The notes: generated from the sequence alone by a model not told the origin. 64,000 bases of DNA from Bradymonadia bacterium (GCA_046290225.1 JBKAGE010000002.1:1-64000); one strand, 5' to 3'; numbered from the stretch's first letter, positions 30,613 to 39,806 are shown. Numbers and translations: made by a program.

Positions 30613-32058
30613 ATGCGCCTTCTCACTCTGCTCGCCGCTGCAGCCCTGACGCTGCCTGGGGCCGCTTTCGGCTTCTGCGGCTTCTTCGTCTCTGGGGCTG
30701 ACGCCGATCTGCACAACAACGCCTCTCAGGTGGCGCTGATGCGGCAAGGCAACAAGACGGTGTTGTCGATGTCGAACAACTACCAGGGCCCACCAGAGGA
30801 CTTCGCCATGGTGGTCCCTGTGCCCGTCGTGTTGCAGAAAGAGCAGGTCAAGACTCTGCCTCAGGATGTCTTCAGCAAGGTGGACAAGCTCTCTGCCCCA
30901 CGCCTCGTGGAGTACTGGGAGCAAGATCCCTGCTATGTGGAGCCGGATTACGAAGAAGAAGGCGCCTTCGACGATCTCAGCAAGGCCGTGCCCAGCGCAT
31001 CCGGTGGTGCCCCGCCACGGGATCTCGGGGTGAAGATCGAAGCCCAGTTCGAGGTGGGCGAATACCAAATCGTGATCTTGTCGGCGAAAGAGGCCAACGG
31101 TCTGGAGACGTGGCTGAAGCTGAACAAGTACACGATCCCCGATGGGGCCTCGCAGGCGCTGGCGCCGTACATTCGCTCGGGCATGAAGTTCTTCGTGGCC
31201 AAGGTAGACATCAAGAAAGTGAAGCGCGACGCACACGGATACGCAGTGCTGTCGCCTTTGCGGTTCGACTATGAGTCGGAGCAGTTCAGCCTGCCGGTGC
31301 GTTTGGGCCTGCTGAACGCCAACGGGAAGCAGGACCTCATTGTGTATGTGCTGCACCCAACGTCCCGCTTCGAGGTGGCGAACTACCCCAATGTGTTCAT
31401 CCCCAGCAATGTCGAGGTCCTCGATAAAGTCCGAGAGAACTTCGGCGCTTTCTACGCCCAGCTCTTTGATTCGACGATGGCCGCCCACGGCAACAAAGCC
31501 GTCGTCACTGAATACGCATGGCAAACCACCAGCTGCGATCCCTGCCCTGTACCTCCGCTTCAGCCTGCCGATCTCATGACCCTCGGCGGCGATGTCATGG
31601 GGGTGAAGGGCAACAACGCCAAGGCCGCCAACGCCCGACCTGGACAGCCGTTCTTCGGACCGGCCTCGTCGTGGGTGCTGACGCGGATGCACACGCGATA
31701 TAGCAAAGACACCCTCAGCGAAGATCTCGTCTTCACCGAGGCAAAGCCCGTCCGCGGCGGCCGCGCCAACTGGGACGGTACGGGCGTGGAAGCCCCTGGC
31801 TCGGTGGACATGGCCAGCGTGAACAACTTCCAGGGCCGCTACATCATCCGGCATTTCTGGGAGGGCAAGGTCGAGTGCAAGAACCCGCGCTATGGTCGCT
31901 GGGGCGGTCCGCCGAGCAACCCGGATGGCAAGAAGAAGGCCGCAGCGGCCACAGATCTGGCCAATGCCCCCCGCGGTGATGTGGTCTTGGAGAAGGTGGT
32001 GCGCTCGAACCTGCCTCAGCTGAAGATCCCCGGCATGGCGACGCCCAAGCGCAAGTAG
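30613..32058 (+). CDS. DUF2330-domain secreted protein
   Basis: Signal peptide then FCGFFV; FAMVVPVP, SAPRLVEYWEQDPC, VTEYAW, LTRMH. Confidence 0.85.
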   Translation: MRLLTLLAAAALTLPGAAFGFCGFFVSGADADLHNNASQVALMRQGNKTVLSMSNNYQGPPEDFAMVVPVPVVLQKEQVKTLPQDVFSKVDKLSAPRLVEYWEQDPCYVEPDYEEEGAFDDLSKAVPSASGGAPPRDLGVKIEAQFEVGEYQIVILSAKEANGLETWLKLNKYTIPDGASQALAPYIRSGMKFFVAKVDIKKVKRDAHGYAVLSPLRFDYESEQFSLPVRLGLLNANGKQDLIVYVLHPTSRFEVANYPNVFIPSNVEVLDKVRENFGAFYAQLFDSTMAAHGNKAVVTEYAWQTTSCDPCPVPPLQPADLMTLGGDVMGVKGNNAKAANARPGQPFFGPASSWVLTRMHTRYSKDTLSEDLVFTEAKPVRGGRANWDGTGVEAPGSVDMASVNNFQGRYIIRHFWEGKVECKNPRYGRWGGPPSNPDGKKKAAAATDLANAPRGDVVLEKVVRSNLPQLKIPGMATPKRK

Positions 32059-32077
32059 CCCGCTCTGCCGGGCTCTC

Positions 32078-32338
32078 TCAGTTGCCGCTCTCGATACACT
32101 CCGCCCCAGGCCAGGGCCGCACCAGCTCGACGAACTGCGTGAAGAACTGGAACGGCTCTTCACCACGGGCGTACATCGAGTGCCTCAGCCGCACCTCTTC
32201 ACCCTTGCCCAAGCGCGCATACTCGTCGAGGACCGGCACCAGGTTCCGAGGGTTGTGAGAATCACCGTCGTCTGGCGCGGGGCCAAAGGGCAGGAACATC
32301 GGCGGGCTGTCGCAGTTCACCTCTGCCACCGGATCCAT
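32078..32338 (-). CDS. Short hypothetical ORF, possibly a hydrolase C-terminal remnant truncated by the adjacent repeat
   Basis: 86-aa ORF (DSPPMFL...SHNP) abutting the repeat at 32365. Weak. Confidence 0.3.
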   Translation of the reverse strand: MDPVAEVNCDSPPMFLPFGPAPDDGDSHNPRNLVPVLDEYARLGKGEEVRLRHSMYARGEEPFQFFTQFVELVRPWPGAECIESGN

Positions 32339-32364
32339 GGGCGCGTCCTCTGCCCACGCCCCAT

Positions 32365-32539
32365 CGGGCAGCGCGTTGAAGAATTAGGCGCCGATGATGC
32401 CTGGCAAACCGCTGTGGGCCTGAGGCCAGACGCTTCGGAGTCGACGGAGGCGAAGCCGTAGGAGCGTAGAAGCGCCCGAAGGGCAGCCTCTGAAGAAGCA
32501 CAAAGTATCACCGAGTATTTTCAACCTCGAGATCTGCCC
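32365..32539. repeat. Degenerate MITE/REP-like element related to 8829-9100
   Basis: Shares CTGAGGCCAGAC and AGTCGACRGAGGCGAAGCCG..GGAGCG..GA..GCCC...GGG cores. Imperfect termini GTTGAAGAAT / TATTTTCAAC. Confidence 0.55.
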
Positions 32540-32630
32540 TCAAGACAAGCACTCACACTCAATCCGAATGCAGAGCACGATCAGAGGGGGATTGTCTTCG
32601 GCAGGCAGGTTGAGAGCAGGCGTGAAGGTG

Positions 32631-33557
32631 CTATTCCGCGATGCCGTTCGTCTCGAGAACCTCAGCTGCGATGGCACCCAGATCGGTCTCGTACGGGGGA
32701 TCGAAGGTATACTCCGAGACGTCAACGTCGTAGACAGCTCCGAGCCACACCAGCGTGCCCACGTCTCTCAGTATCTGATTCGCGTGACCCTTTTCGTCGG
32801 TGAAGATGGCGTTGGTCTCTCGACTGGTCAGCACATCGACCTCGGGCAACGCGTCGTTCTCGAACCGGCTGCGGAGCACCATCGCCGTACCGCCGTGGGG
32901 GATCGGGAAGATCTCCACCCCTGGGTACTCGGCCCGAAGATCATCGATCAGGCTAAGCCACACAGTGGCCAGCTGTGACCAGACTCTGTAGTACTCGGTG
33001 ACGCTGGGATAACTCTCGGGGAAGTCGAGCCAGGGCATGGCCAGGGCGAAGCGGGTGTCGGGGTTCTGCGCCAGGGCATAGTCCATCCAGCTTCTCACCG
33101 CCCATTCCTCGCCAGACTCGAGGAAGCTCTCCGAGCAACAGATCATCGTGAGCACCTCGATGTCGCCGCCATCAAGGATCGCCTGAATCTGCGCCCGCCG
33201 TCCCTCGTGCTCCCACAACGCCTGGGGCGGACCGTTGGCACCGCCAGCGAAGGCGATCTCCTGTTGGTGCCCCTCGATGCCCATGGCCTCGGTGAAGTCA
33301 GTCAGCTGCTCGGCGAAGGGCCGCCCGAAGCTGTGCCCCATGTACAGCATCTTGACGCCCTGTATCTCTTCTGGTGGCTCGGGCTCCATGTCTGGTGCTT
33401 CTTCGGGAGCACCCTCATCCGCGCCGATGTCCACCGCTGCGTCCACAGAGGCGTCTGGCCTAGCCTGCACAGCCTCTGCGGCCGTGTCATCGTTGGACTC
33501 TGTGCAGCCGAGGGTCGTGGTCAGAGCGACGAGCATGCAGGTGATGGTGTATTTCAT
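32631..33557 (-). CDS. Hypothetical lipoprotein with SGNH-like fold
   Basis: MKYTITCMLVALTTTLGC signal/lipobox with GAGG RBS; MGHSF and DEKGH motifs. Confidence 0.65.
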   Translation of the reverse strand: MKYTITCMLVALTTTLGCTESNDDTAAEAVQARPDASVDAAVDIGADEGAPEEAPDMEPEPPEEIQGVKMLYMGHSFGRPFAEQLTDFTEAMGIEGHQQEIAFAGGANGPPQALWEHEGRRAQIQAILDGGDIEVLTMICCSESFLESGEEWAVRSWMDYALAQNPDTRFALAMPWLDFPESYPSVTEYYRVWSQLATVWLSLIDDLRAEYPGVEIFPIPHGGTAMVLRSRFENDALPEVDVLTSRETNAIFTDEKGHANQILRDVGTLVWLGAVYDVDVSEYTFDPPYETDLGAIAAEVLETNGIAE

Positions 33558-33645
33558 AGGGCCTCCTCTGTAATGATTTGTTCTGTATAGGCGATGACTG
33601 ATGTGCAAGCGGTCAGCAATGCTCTTGGCAACGTGCACAGCACGT

Positions 33646-34794
33646 TCACTCCACAGTGAGACCCTGCTGCTCTACGATGAAGTCGAAGGCAAGTTCGTTG
33701 AGCGTGCGTCCCTCGAACTCAGCGTTCCACTGTCCGTGCCCAACCCCCTCCAAGGGGTGGAACGCGTAGGGCACGCCGGTCTCTTCGTAGTGCGCTTGTA
33801 GGGTTTCGGCCATCTCGAAGGGCACAGTGGAGTCGCGGGTGCCGTGGGCGATGGAGATGGGGGCATCTGTTTCATCGAAGTGTGTATGACCATGCATCAT
33901 GGTCAGCATATCGAGCACGCCGGTGCCGCCCCAGTTGTCGATGACCGTGGCCACTTTCGAAGATTGCTCCAGGTGCGTACTCGCCAGCGTCGGATCTTCC
34001 TCGACGCTCAGCTCGTCTACGCAATCCCCTTCACGGCTGACACCGATGGTGATGCTGAGGTTCGCCCCTGCGGAGCCTCCATAAGCGGTGATGTAGTCGG
34101 GGTTGATGCCGAGCTGATCGGCGTTCGCCCTGATCCACCGCACAGCGGCTTTGGCATCTCAACACGCTGGGTAGAGAGCCCGAAACCGGTCTGCGTGCGT
34201 CGGGCTCAGCTCAGGAATCACCGGATAGTCGTCGGGGAGCGTGCCGCAGTCTTCGACGAGCCGATAGTTCACCGAGAATGCCATCCACCCCTGGGCGGCA
34301 AAGTCCCGCGCCGCGCGCACGATGGGGGCGTGAGTGGAGTCGTTGAACTCGAATCCGCCACCATGGAACAAGACGATGACGGGCATTGGGGTGTCGCTCT
34401 CTCTCACAGGCGCATACCCGTCGAGGGTCAGATCGATGGTCTCTCGCGCGTCGGACCCCCAATCGGCGTGACTCAAGGCCTGACCGTAGGTGATGCCTTC
34501 GAGCGTCTGCACTTCGAACTGCGGATCGACATAGACTGAAGCAACCTTTGACTCGGCCGGCTCCACCATGCCTCCGGCGCCATCGTGGACCCTGCCCCCG
34601 CTGTCTTCGTCGTGCCCGCCCTCGGTGGTGCCTTCTCCGCCCATGTCGTCACCTCCATCACTCTGACCTCCTGCACCTCCGGCATTGGCAGGCGTGTCTG
34701 AAGTGTCGGCCTCACCATCACACCCTGTGAGAGTGCTCAGCAGCAGGCTCAGGTAGGCAATGTGTGACACGGCTCGACGGGTGGGATGGGTCAT
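33646..34794 (-). pseudogene. Alpha/beta-hydrolase (carboxylesterase/BD-FAE-like) lipoprotein with one in-frame TGA
   Basis: ORFs 34159-34794 and 33646-34143 are in the same frame: YPAC*DAKAAVRW. Motifs HGGGF, GGSAG, HGTRD..VP, GVGH; LTGC lipobox. Confidence 0.8.
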
Positions 34795-34957
34795 CTCAAC
34801 GATCTCCTCGGGCTCGGTACATTTCGCCGAGTGATCGTTTCACATTCTGTGCCAGCTCCCTCTCAGGGACAAACACCCCAGCAACTCGGCTCACACTGTC
34901 AAGCAAGCCTGACACTCTGGTCCGCATGTGGTGCCAAGGAGAGTTGGCGGCACAGGC

Positions 34958-35284
34958 TCAGCTCACGTCTTCCTGTAGTTGGTCCCACACCCGACGGAGC
35001 CGGGAGGGGCTACCGATGCCGCCAACGGCCAGACGACTCGTCTCTTGCTCCTCTGCCATAGCCTCCACAAGGCGCACGGGCACAGCGATGCACTCGCCCT
35101 GCTGAGCCCGCAGATCGGCCTCGATGATGTCGTGGCAAAGGTAGACTGTGCGATTGCAGCGATGGCAGGCCCGCTGTCGAGGCTCGTCGGTGGGGGTCAG
35201 CTGGGCCCAGGTGAGCGGGCAGCGAAAGGTCATCTCCAGCCGCTCGGGCTGACCACAGTTGAGCATGCTACGTTCTTTGCTCAT
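34958..35284 (-). CDS. Small Cys-rich hypothetical protein
   Basis: FRCPLTWAQL...RACHRCNRTVYLC...GECIAV motif; GGAG RBS before MSKERS. Confidence 0.6.
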   Translation of the reverse strand: MSKERSMLNCGQPERLEMTFRCPLTWAQLTPTDEPRQRACHRCNRTVYLCHDIIEADLRAQQGECIAVPVRLVEAMAEEQETSRLAVGGIGSPSRLRRVWDQLQEDVS

Positions 35285-35338
35285 CTCTCCCCCCAACCTC
35301 GCAGGAACTTCGTGACTCTCGCTGCGGCAGCAGCCTTC

Positions 35339-35392
35339 GCTCGCAAGAGAGTTTAGGGCAAGGGCAAGGGCGGGGGCACGGGCAAGAGTCGA
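35339..35392 (+). repeat. Degenerate solo arm of the GGGCAC hairpin element
   Basis: GCTCGCAAGAGAGTTTAGGGCAAGGGCAAGGGCGGGGGCACGGGCAAGAGTCGA aligns to the arm at 13921-13977. Confidence 0.65.
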
Positions 35393-35584
35393 AATACCAT
35401 TTTCGGTTGATGCATCGGTCATGTTCGGTGAAGGTGGTAGCGCTGTACGCCCGAGGCCACCACGCTTGTCGGAATCCATACCAAACAAGTCGTCAACTCA
35501 CCTGTCGGGCTGAGTTCGATTCGGTCAGTATGTCTTCACGGTTCGGCGAGCACTTCTGAACGACGAGCCGACCCAGAACACACA

Positions 35585-35605
35585 GTGATGTCGTTGAAAC
35601 ATCAC
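35585..35605. promoter_or_regulatory. 21-bp palindrome (GT-N7-AC core) upstream of the ABM gene
   Basis: GTGATGT-cgttgaa-ACATCAC, 23 bp before the ATG. Confidence 0.35.
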
Positions 35606-35628
35606 ATACTCGACGATGGAGGCATCCC

Positions 35629-36360
35629 ATGAACTTCTCGAACATGTTCCTCACCAGCAGCATCTTCTTCGCCAGCATCTGTGGGGCCACCGCCGCCCAC
35701 GCCGACAGCCCGACACAGGCCACACGGATCCCGATGACTGCTGTTGATGGGCAGCTTGCGGATCTGCTCGGTCAGGCAGGGCCTCTCGTTAAAAAAACCG
35801 AGCCAAAGACTACCGCCTGGTTCGGTCTGCGGTCCCACGATGCAGCGAAGCGCAACCATGTCGCCATCGTGGACTTCTTCACGGATGAGACTGGCCGCGC
35901 CGCACACTTCGGTGGCCAGGTTGCGGGCCTGCTGAAGCAGAAGGCCCCCACCATCGTGAAGGACGCCTGGAACGACGGCGTACTCAAGCATGTCGAAAAC
36001 AGTACCGTCCTCTCTCATGTACGCCGTGGCAACGTCAGTGACTCCAAGCTGGCCGTAGCCATTGCCTTCAAGGCGCTGCCCGGAAAGGAGAAAGCTGTGG
36101 AAGCGTTCCTCGTCAACGCTGCGAAGACCGTGGAGAGCACCGAGCCTGGCACCCTCTTCTGGGTCTCGCTCAAAGTCGCAGAGGGCACCTACGTGATCTT
36201 CGACACCTTCGCTGATGGTGCAGGTGCTGACGCCCACTTCGCCGGCAAGGTGGCTGCGGCGCTCAAGAACGGCGGCGCTGATCAGCTGCTTCAGGGCGGC
36301 TGGGCCAATGGGGTGCTCGCCAACGTCGAGAAGTTCGAGGTGTTGTCGCACAACTTCTGA
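35629..36360 (+). CDS. Secreted tandem ABM (dimeric alpha/beta barrel, monooxygenase-like) protein
   Basis: Signal peptide ending AHA, then two repeats of TEPxT..WF...DxF.DE.GR.AHF.G.VA. Confidence 0.8.
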   Translation: MNFSNMFLTSSIFFASICGATAAHADSPTQATRIPMTAVDGQLADLLGQAGPLVKKTEPKTTAWFGLRSHDAAKRNHVAIVDFFTDETGRAAHFGGQVAGLLKQKAPTIVKDAWNDGVLKHVENSTVLSHVRRGNVSDSKLAVAIAFKALPGKEKAVEAFLVNAAKTVESTEPGTLFWVSLKVAEGTYVIFDTFADGAGADAHFAGKVAAALKNGGADQLLQGGWANGVLANVEKFEVLSHNF

Positions 36361-36361
36361 G

Positions 36362-36388
36362 CGGACGGCCGTGCCTTCACGGCGTCCG
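36362..36388. terminator. GC-rich hairpin between convergent genes
   Basis: CGGACGGCCGTG-cctt-CACGGCGTCCG; no U-tract. Confidence 0.35.
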
Positions 36389-36400
36389 TCACCCCGCTGC

Positions 36401-37309
36401 TCACCCCACGAGCGCCAGCCTCTGCTTCGCCACGCCAATCTCCGCCACCTGCCCCCAGCCGAAGTCCAAGTGGTCTTCCTCGATGCCATCACCGAAGATG
36501 CGGCCACCCTCGTTGAAGTTCGAGCGGATGCTCAACGGCATCACCCCATCTACCCTGCCTCCCGTGATGCTCGTGCCCGTGGCCACGCTCGGGAACGGCT
36601 CCCGCACCATGAAGGCCAGCCACGGATCCGATGGTTCCGGCAGGAGTGGTGGGCAGCTGCGCTGGCCGCAAATCGAGCGGGCCCAGCCCGTGGCCCCCGT
36701 GCCCGTGGCCACGATGAGGCCTGAAGATGAGTGGGCCTCTGAGTGCGCCCCCCAGGTAATCTCGTAGCGCGACGACTGGTGGCTGCGGTGACCGATGAAC
36801 AGCTCATTGAGGGCCACGAGGCGCTGGCCGCCCTTCTCGGGGCCGCCGTCGAGATCCACCTGCACCATCGTACGCTCCGTGGGCAGCAGCTCGCCGCGAA
36901 CCACCGGCTCGAGCATCTTTTCTGCCTCTCGGGGGCCGTGGGCCACCAACACCCCGTCGAAGCGATCAGGTGACGGGTTCACTCCGATGACCGATTGCCC
37001 CTCGAGGTATTTGGCCACGTTGGCCACCAGGCCGTCCTGTCCCACCACCACCACCGTATCGTCCGGCTCGAAGAGGAACCGGTCGAGATCGGCTCGATCC
37101 ACTTTGCTGCGACGCCACGACAGTGGGATCGCGTTCAAGATGCGCTTCACCGCCCCGAGCTGGCTCCAGTAGGCCTCCATGACAGCCTTGAGCGACTGCC
37201 CGCGGGACTTCAGGAAGAACTCTGCTGCTTGGGCGGTGCCGTGTTGGGCCACCAGCCGCTCGTAATCGCTGGGTCGGGTCACGAGGACCACTCGGGGCAT
37301 GATGGCCAT
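36401..37309 (-). CDS. Divergent NAD(H) kinase-like protein (NrtR-associated OrfY type)
   Basis: VGQDG (GGDG variant), ALNE and SSGLIVATGTGATGW kinase motifs. Confidence 0.8.
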   Translation of the reverse strand: MAIMPRVVLVTRPSDYERLVAQHGTAQAAEFFLKSRGQSLKAVMEAYWSQLGAVKRILNAIPLSWRRSKVDRADLDRFLFEPDDTVVVVGQDGLVANVAKYLEGQSVIGVNPSPDRFDGVLVAHGPREAEKMLEPVVRGELLPTERTMVQVDLDGGPEKGGQRLVALNELFIGHRSHQSSRYEITWGAHSEAHSSSGLIVATGTGATGWARSICGQRSCPPLLPEPSDPWLAFMVREPFPSVATGTSITGGRVDGVMPLSIRSNFNEGGRIFGDGIEEDHLDFGWGQVAEIGVAKQRLALVG

Positions 37310-37312
37310 GGC

Positions 37313-38356
37313 TCAGCGCCCTCCTCTGGGCCTCTCGGCAGGGGCTTCCAGACGCTGGGTGCCTGCTTCCATCAGGCGGGTGAGCATCGGGCCCAGAGCG
37401 TCAGGGGCCAGGTTGAGGTGATCGATGCTCTTGAGCTTGCCGGCGAGCTCTCGGGCGGCGAGGCCCATCATCACCGAGGTGGGCAGCTCTTTGTAGATGT
37501 CCATGCGGGTCTGCTCTGCCTCGACGCGGGCGTGCTCCACCTGGCGGATTTGATCCGCCCGTGCCTCGGCTTCGACGCGGGTGCGAGCCGCCTGGGCGTC
37601 CACCTTGATCTGCTCCGCCTGGGCTTCTTCTTCGGCGCGGCGCCGATCGTTCTGGCCGCGCTGCTCGATGAGCTGCTCCTCGCGACGGGCGAGCTCGATG
37701 CGGTTCTGCAGCTCGTTCTCGGCGATGGCCCGCTCTTTCTCCACCGCCAGAGCCCGCCGTTGGAAGGTGGCCTCGTCGGCGTCTTGCTGGATCGCCTCCC
37801 GGGTGGGCGTCTGCAGCGCTTTGTCGAGCTCCATCGTGGGGCGCACGTCGGCCATGCGAACCTCGACGACCTCGATGCCCATCTCGGTGAGCGTGGGGTG
37901 GCCGATCAGGCCCTCGGCGATGCGACTCTGCAACACCTCGACCCCCTCGGCGAGCAAAGCCCGCACGCTGAGGTTGGCCACGTGACGCAGGGCCAGCTGC
38001 TGGGCCATGCCCGTGAGCAGGGCGTCCACCTGCTCGATGGGGGTCTTGGTGTAGACGCCGCGCTCGAGATCGAGGGAGAAGTCGATGCGCCCTCCCACCC
38101 GCTCGGGATCAGCCACGCGCCACACGCATACACCCTGCACCGTGGCGTCCTGGAAATCTTTCGAGCGCCCGTGGAACAGCAGGTGAACGTCGCGGTCGTC
38201 CATGGGGATCTCGGCGATGCTCGAGGACATGGGCCAGAACCAGAAGGCGAGGCCGCGGCCGCTGGCCTTGAGGCGACCCTTGCCGTAGCGGAGCACATGG
38301 CAGCTGGGCTCGCTGCGCAGATGTCGGAAGCCGAAGAGCTTGCTGATCTCGGCCAT
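37313..38356 (-). CDS. SPFH/band-7 domain protein with long coiled coil (NrtR-associated OrfX type)
   Basis: SKDFQDATVQG..WRVADP and MGIEVVEVRM..VRP, followed by an E/A/R-rich coiled coil. AGGAGG RBS. Confidence 0.85.
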   Translation of the reverse strand: MAEISKLFGFRHLRSEPSCHVLRYGKGRLKASGRGLAFWFWPMSSSIAEIPMDDRDVHLLFHGRSKDFQDATVQGVCVWRVADPERVGGRIDFSLDLERGVYTKTPIEQVDALLTGMAQQLALRHVANLSVRALLAEGVEVLQSRIAEGLIGHPTLTEMGIEVVEVRMADVRPTMELDKALQTPTREAIQQDADEATFQRRALAVEKERAIAENELQNRIELARREEQLIEQRGQNDRRRAEEEAQAEQIKVDAQAARTRVEAEARADQIRQVEHARVEAEQTRMDIYKELPTSVMMGLAARELAGKLKSIDHLNLAPDALGPMLTRLMEAGTQRLEAPAERPRGGR

Positions 38357-38383
38357 GATGACCTCCTTGCTCCGCGATTGGGG

Positions 38384-39115
38384 TTACACGGCGGAGCGGT
38401 GTGTGAATCGATACAACTCCGCAGGTCGGTGACCCACGGCGGATTCGCGTAAACCGGTGGGCGTCAGCTCACCTGAGGCGAGCATGCGACGCCGGAAAGA
38501 GTCTTTGTTGAGCGGGCGACCGAGGATGGCCTCGTGTACGCCCTGCAAGGCCCGCAGCGTGAAGGTCTCCCCGAGGAACTGGTACCCGATGGGGGTGTAG
38601 GCCAGCTTCCCGCGCAGCCGCTTCACCGAGAGGGCGATCATCTCCTCGTGATCGAAGGCCAGGGACACGGGCCCCTCGGGGCCCCTGATGATCACCGGGC
38701 CGCCTTCTTCACCTGCCCAGGGCACCTCGATGTCCCACGCCCGACGCTTGTCGTTGCCCTCGGGCATACGCTCAGGTGCCACGAGGGCCACATAGGCCAC
38801 GGAGATGACCCGCATACGCGGATCTCGCCCCGGCGCCCCGAAGGTGTAGAGCTGCTCGAGGTAGACATCGGTGATGCTGCCCTTGGCAGCGAGCAACCGC
38901 GCCGCAGCCACCTCGAGAGGCTCCTCCACACGAACAAAACCACCGGGCAACGCCAGCCGCCCACGCAAAGGCAGCTGCTCTCGTTCCGCGAGCAACACCT
39001 GCAACCCCCCCTCATCAACGGTGAGGATCACGAGATCGACCGCTACGGAGGGGCGGTCGAAGTGATTGGGGTCGTAGGCCTCTAAATAGGCCAGCTCTTC
39101 GTCCTGGGGACTCAC
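38384..39115 (-). CDS. nrtR: NrtR-family NUDIX-wHTH transcriptional regulator
   Basis: PSVAVDLVI, ALPGGFV, LEQLYTFG..GRDPR, LAFDH, FTLR.LQ..HEAILG..L.K.SFRR, GHRPAELYRF. AAGGAG RBS. Confidence 0.88.
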   Translation of the reverse strand: MSPQDEELAYLEAYDPNHFDRPSVAVDLVILTVDEGGLQVLLAEREQLPLRGRLALPGGFVRVEEPLEVAAARLLAAKGSITDVYLEQLYTFGAPGRDPRMRVISVAYVALVAPERMPEGNDKRRAWDIEVPWAGEEGGPVIIRGPEGPVSLAFDHEEMIALSVKRLRGKLAYTPIGYQFLGETFTLRALQGVHEAILGRPLNKDSFRRRMLASGELTPTGLRESAVGHRPAELYRFTHRSAV

Positions 39116-39125
39116 AGGCTCTCCT

Positions 39126-39174
39126 TAGATGCACACAACATATATGCACAGCACATTTATGCAAAAAGCATTTA
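39126..39174. promoter_or_regulatory. Three tandem ATG-N7-CAT pseudo-palindromes at exact 15-bp period (candidate operator array)
   Basis: ATG at 39129, 39144 and 39159; CAT at 39139, 39154 and 39169. Lies in an AT-rich island directly upstream of the nrtR RBS. Confidence 0.6.
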
Positions 39175-39287
39175 ACTTAGATGAGCGAGATTGGGTACTT
39201 ACGAAGCCGCCCGCCCAAAGTGTAAATTAACCACGAAGCAATTTGGAGGCCGCCGGGCGGCAGCCGAGAAGGCAGGATCAGGCGCCT

Positions 39288-39806
39288 CTACTTCATGTTG
39301 AACTTGTCGGGCAGCTGCTTGTAGGTCCGGCTGGGGTTGAGGAACATCCGACCAGCGATGAGGGGGTTGAAGCCGGTGTCACCCTTGACGCCCTCGAACA
39401 TGGTGCTGCCCCCGGACATGACCACGGACTCAGCAGTGGCCTTGAGCCGAGCGGCGAGCTCGATGGCTGCCCTGGGGTGGATCTCTTTCAGGGTGGTGCG
39501 CTTCTTCTGAGTGGCAGAGGTGTGGCCGCTGCTCTTGGAGATGGCCCTGGCCAGCGCCTCGGGGTTGGCCTTGGCGAGGTGCCCCACGGTGGTGATGCCC
39601 GCCTGCCTGAGCGTGGTGACCACCGAGACCGTGTTGAGGGTGACCTCGAGGCCCTTCTTGCCCGACCCCAGGATCCCGGCGTCAAGCGTGACCGTGGCCG
39701 ATGGCTCTTTGTTTGTGATGGTGAACTTCTCGTCGGCCTTCTTCTGGGCGATGGCAACGGTGGTGCTCATGGCGATGGCGGCGAGCACACTCAGCAGCAA
39801 CTTCAT
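39288..39806 (-). CDS. Secreted basic hypothetical protein
   Basis: MKLLLSVLAAIAMSTTVAIA signal with GAGGGAGG RBS; LRQAGITTVGHLAKA HhH-like segment. Confidence 0.6.
   Translation of the reverse strand: MKLLLSVLAAIAMSTTVAIAQKKADEKFTITNKEPSATVTLDAGILGSGKKGLEVTLNTVSVVTTLRQAGITTVGHLAKANPEALARAISKSSGHTSATQKKRTTLKEIHPRAAIELAARLKATAESVVMSGGSTMFEGVKGDTGFNPLIAGRMFLNPSRTYKQLPDKFNMK

Noticed and set aside
20334..34161. In-frame TGA codons as selenocysteine or a recoded genetic code
   Set aside because: The aligned residues are Thr (paralog) and probably Arg, not Cys or Trp. TGA is used as a normal stop throughout, and frameshifts co-occur.
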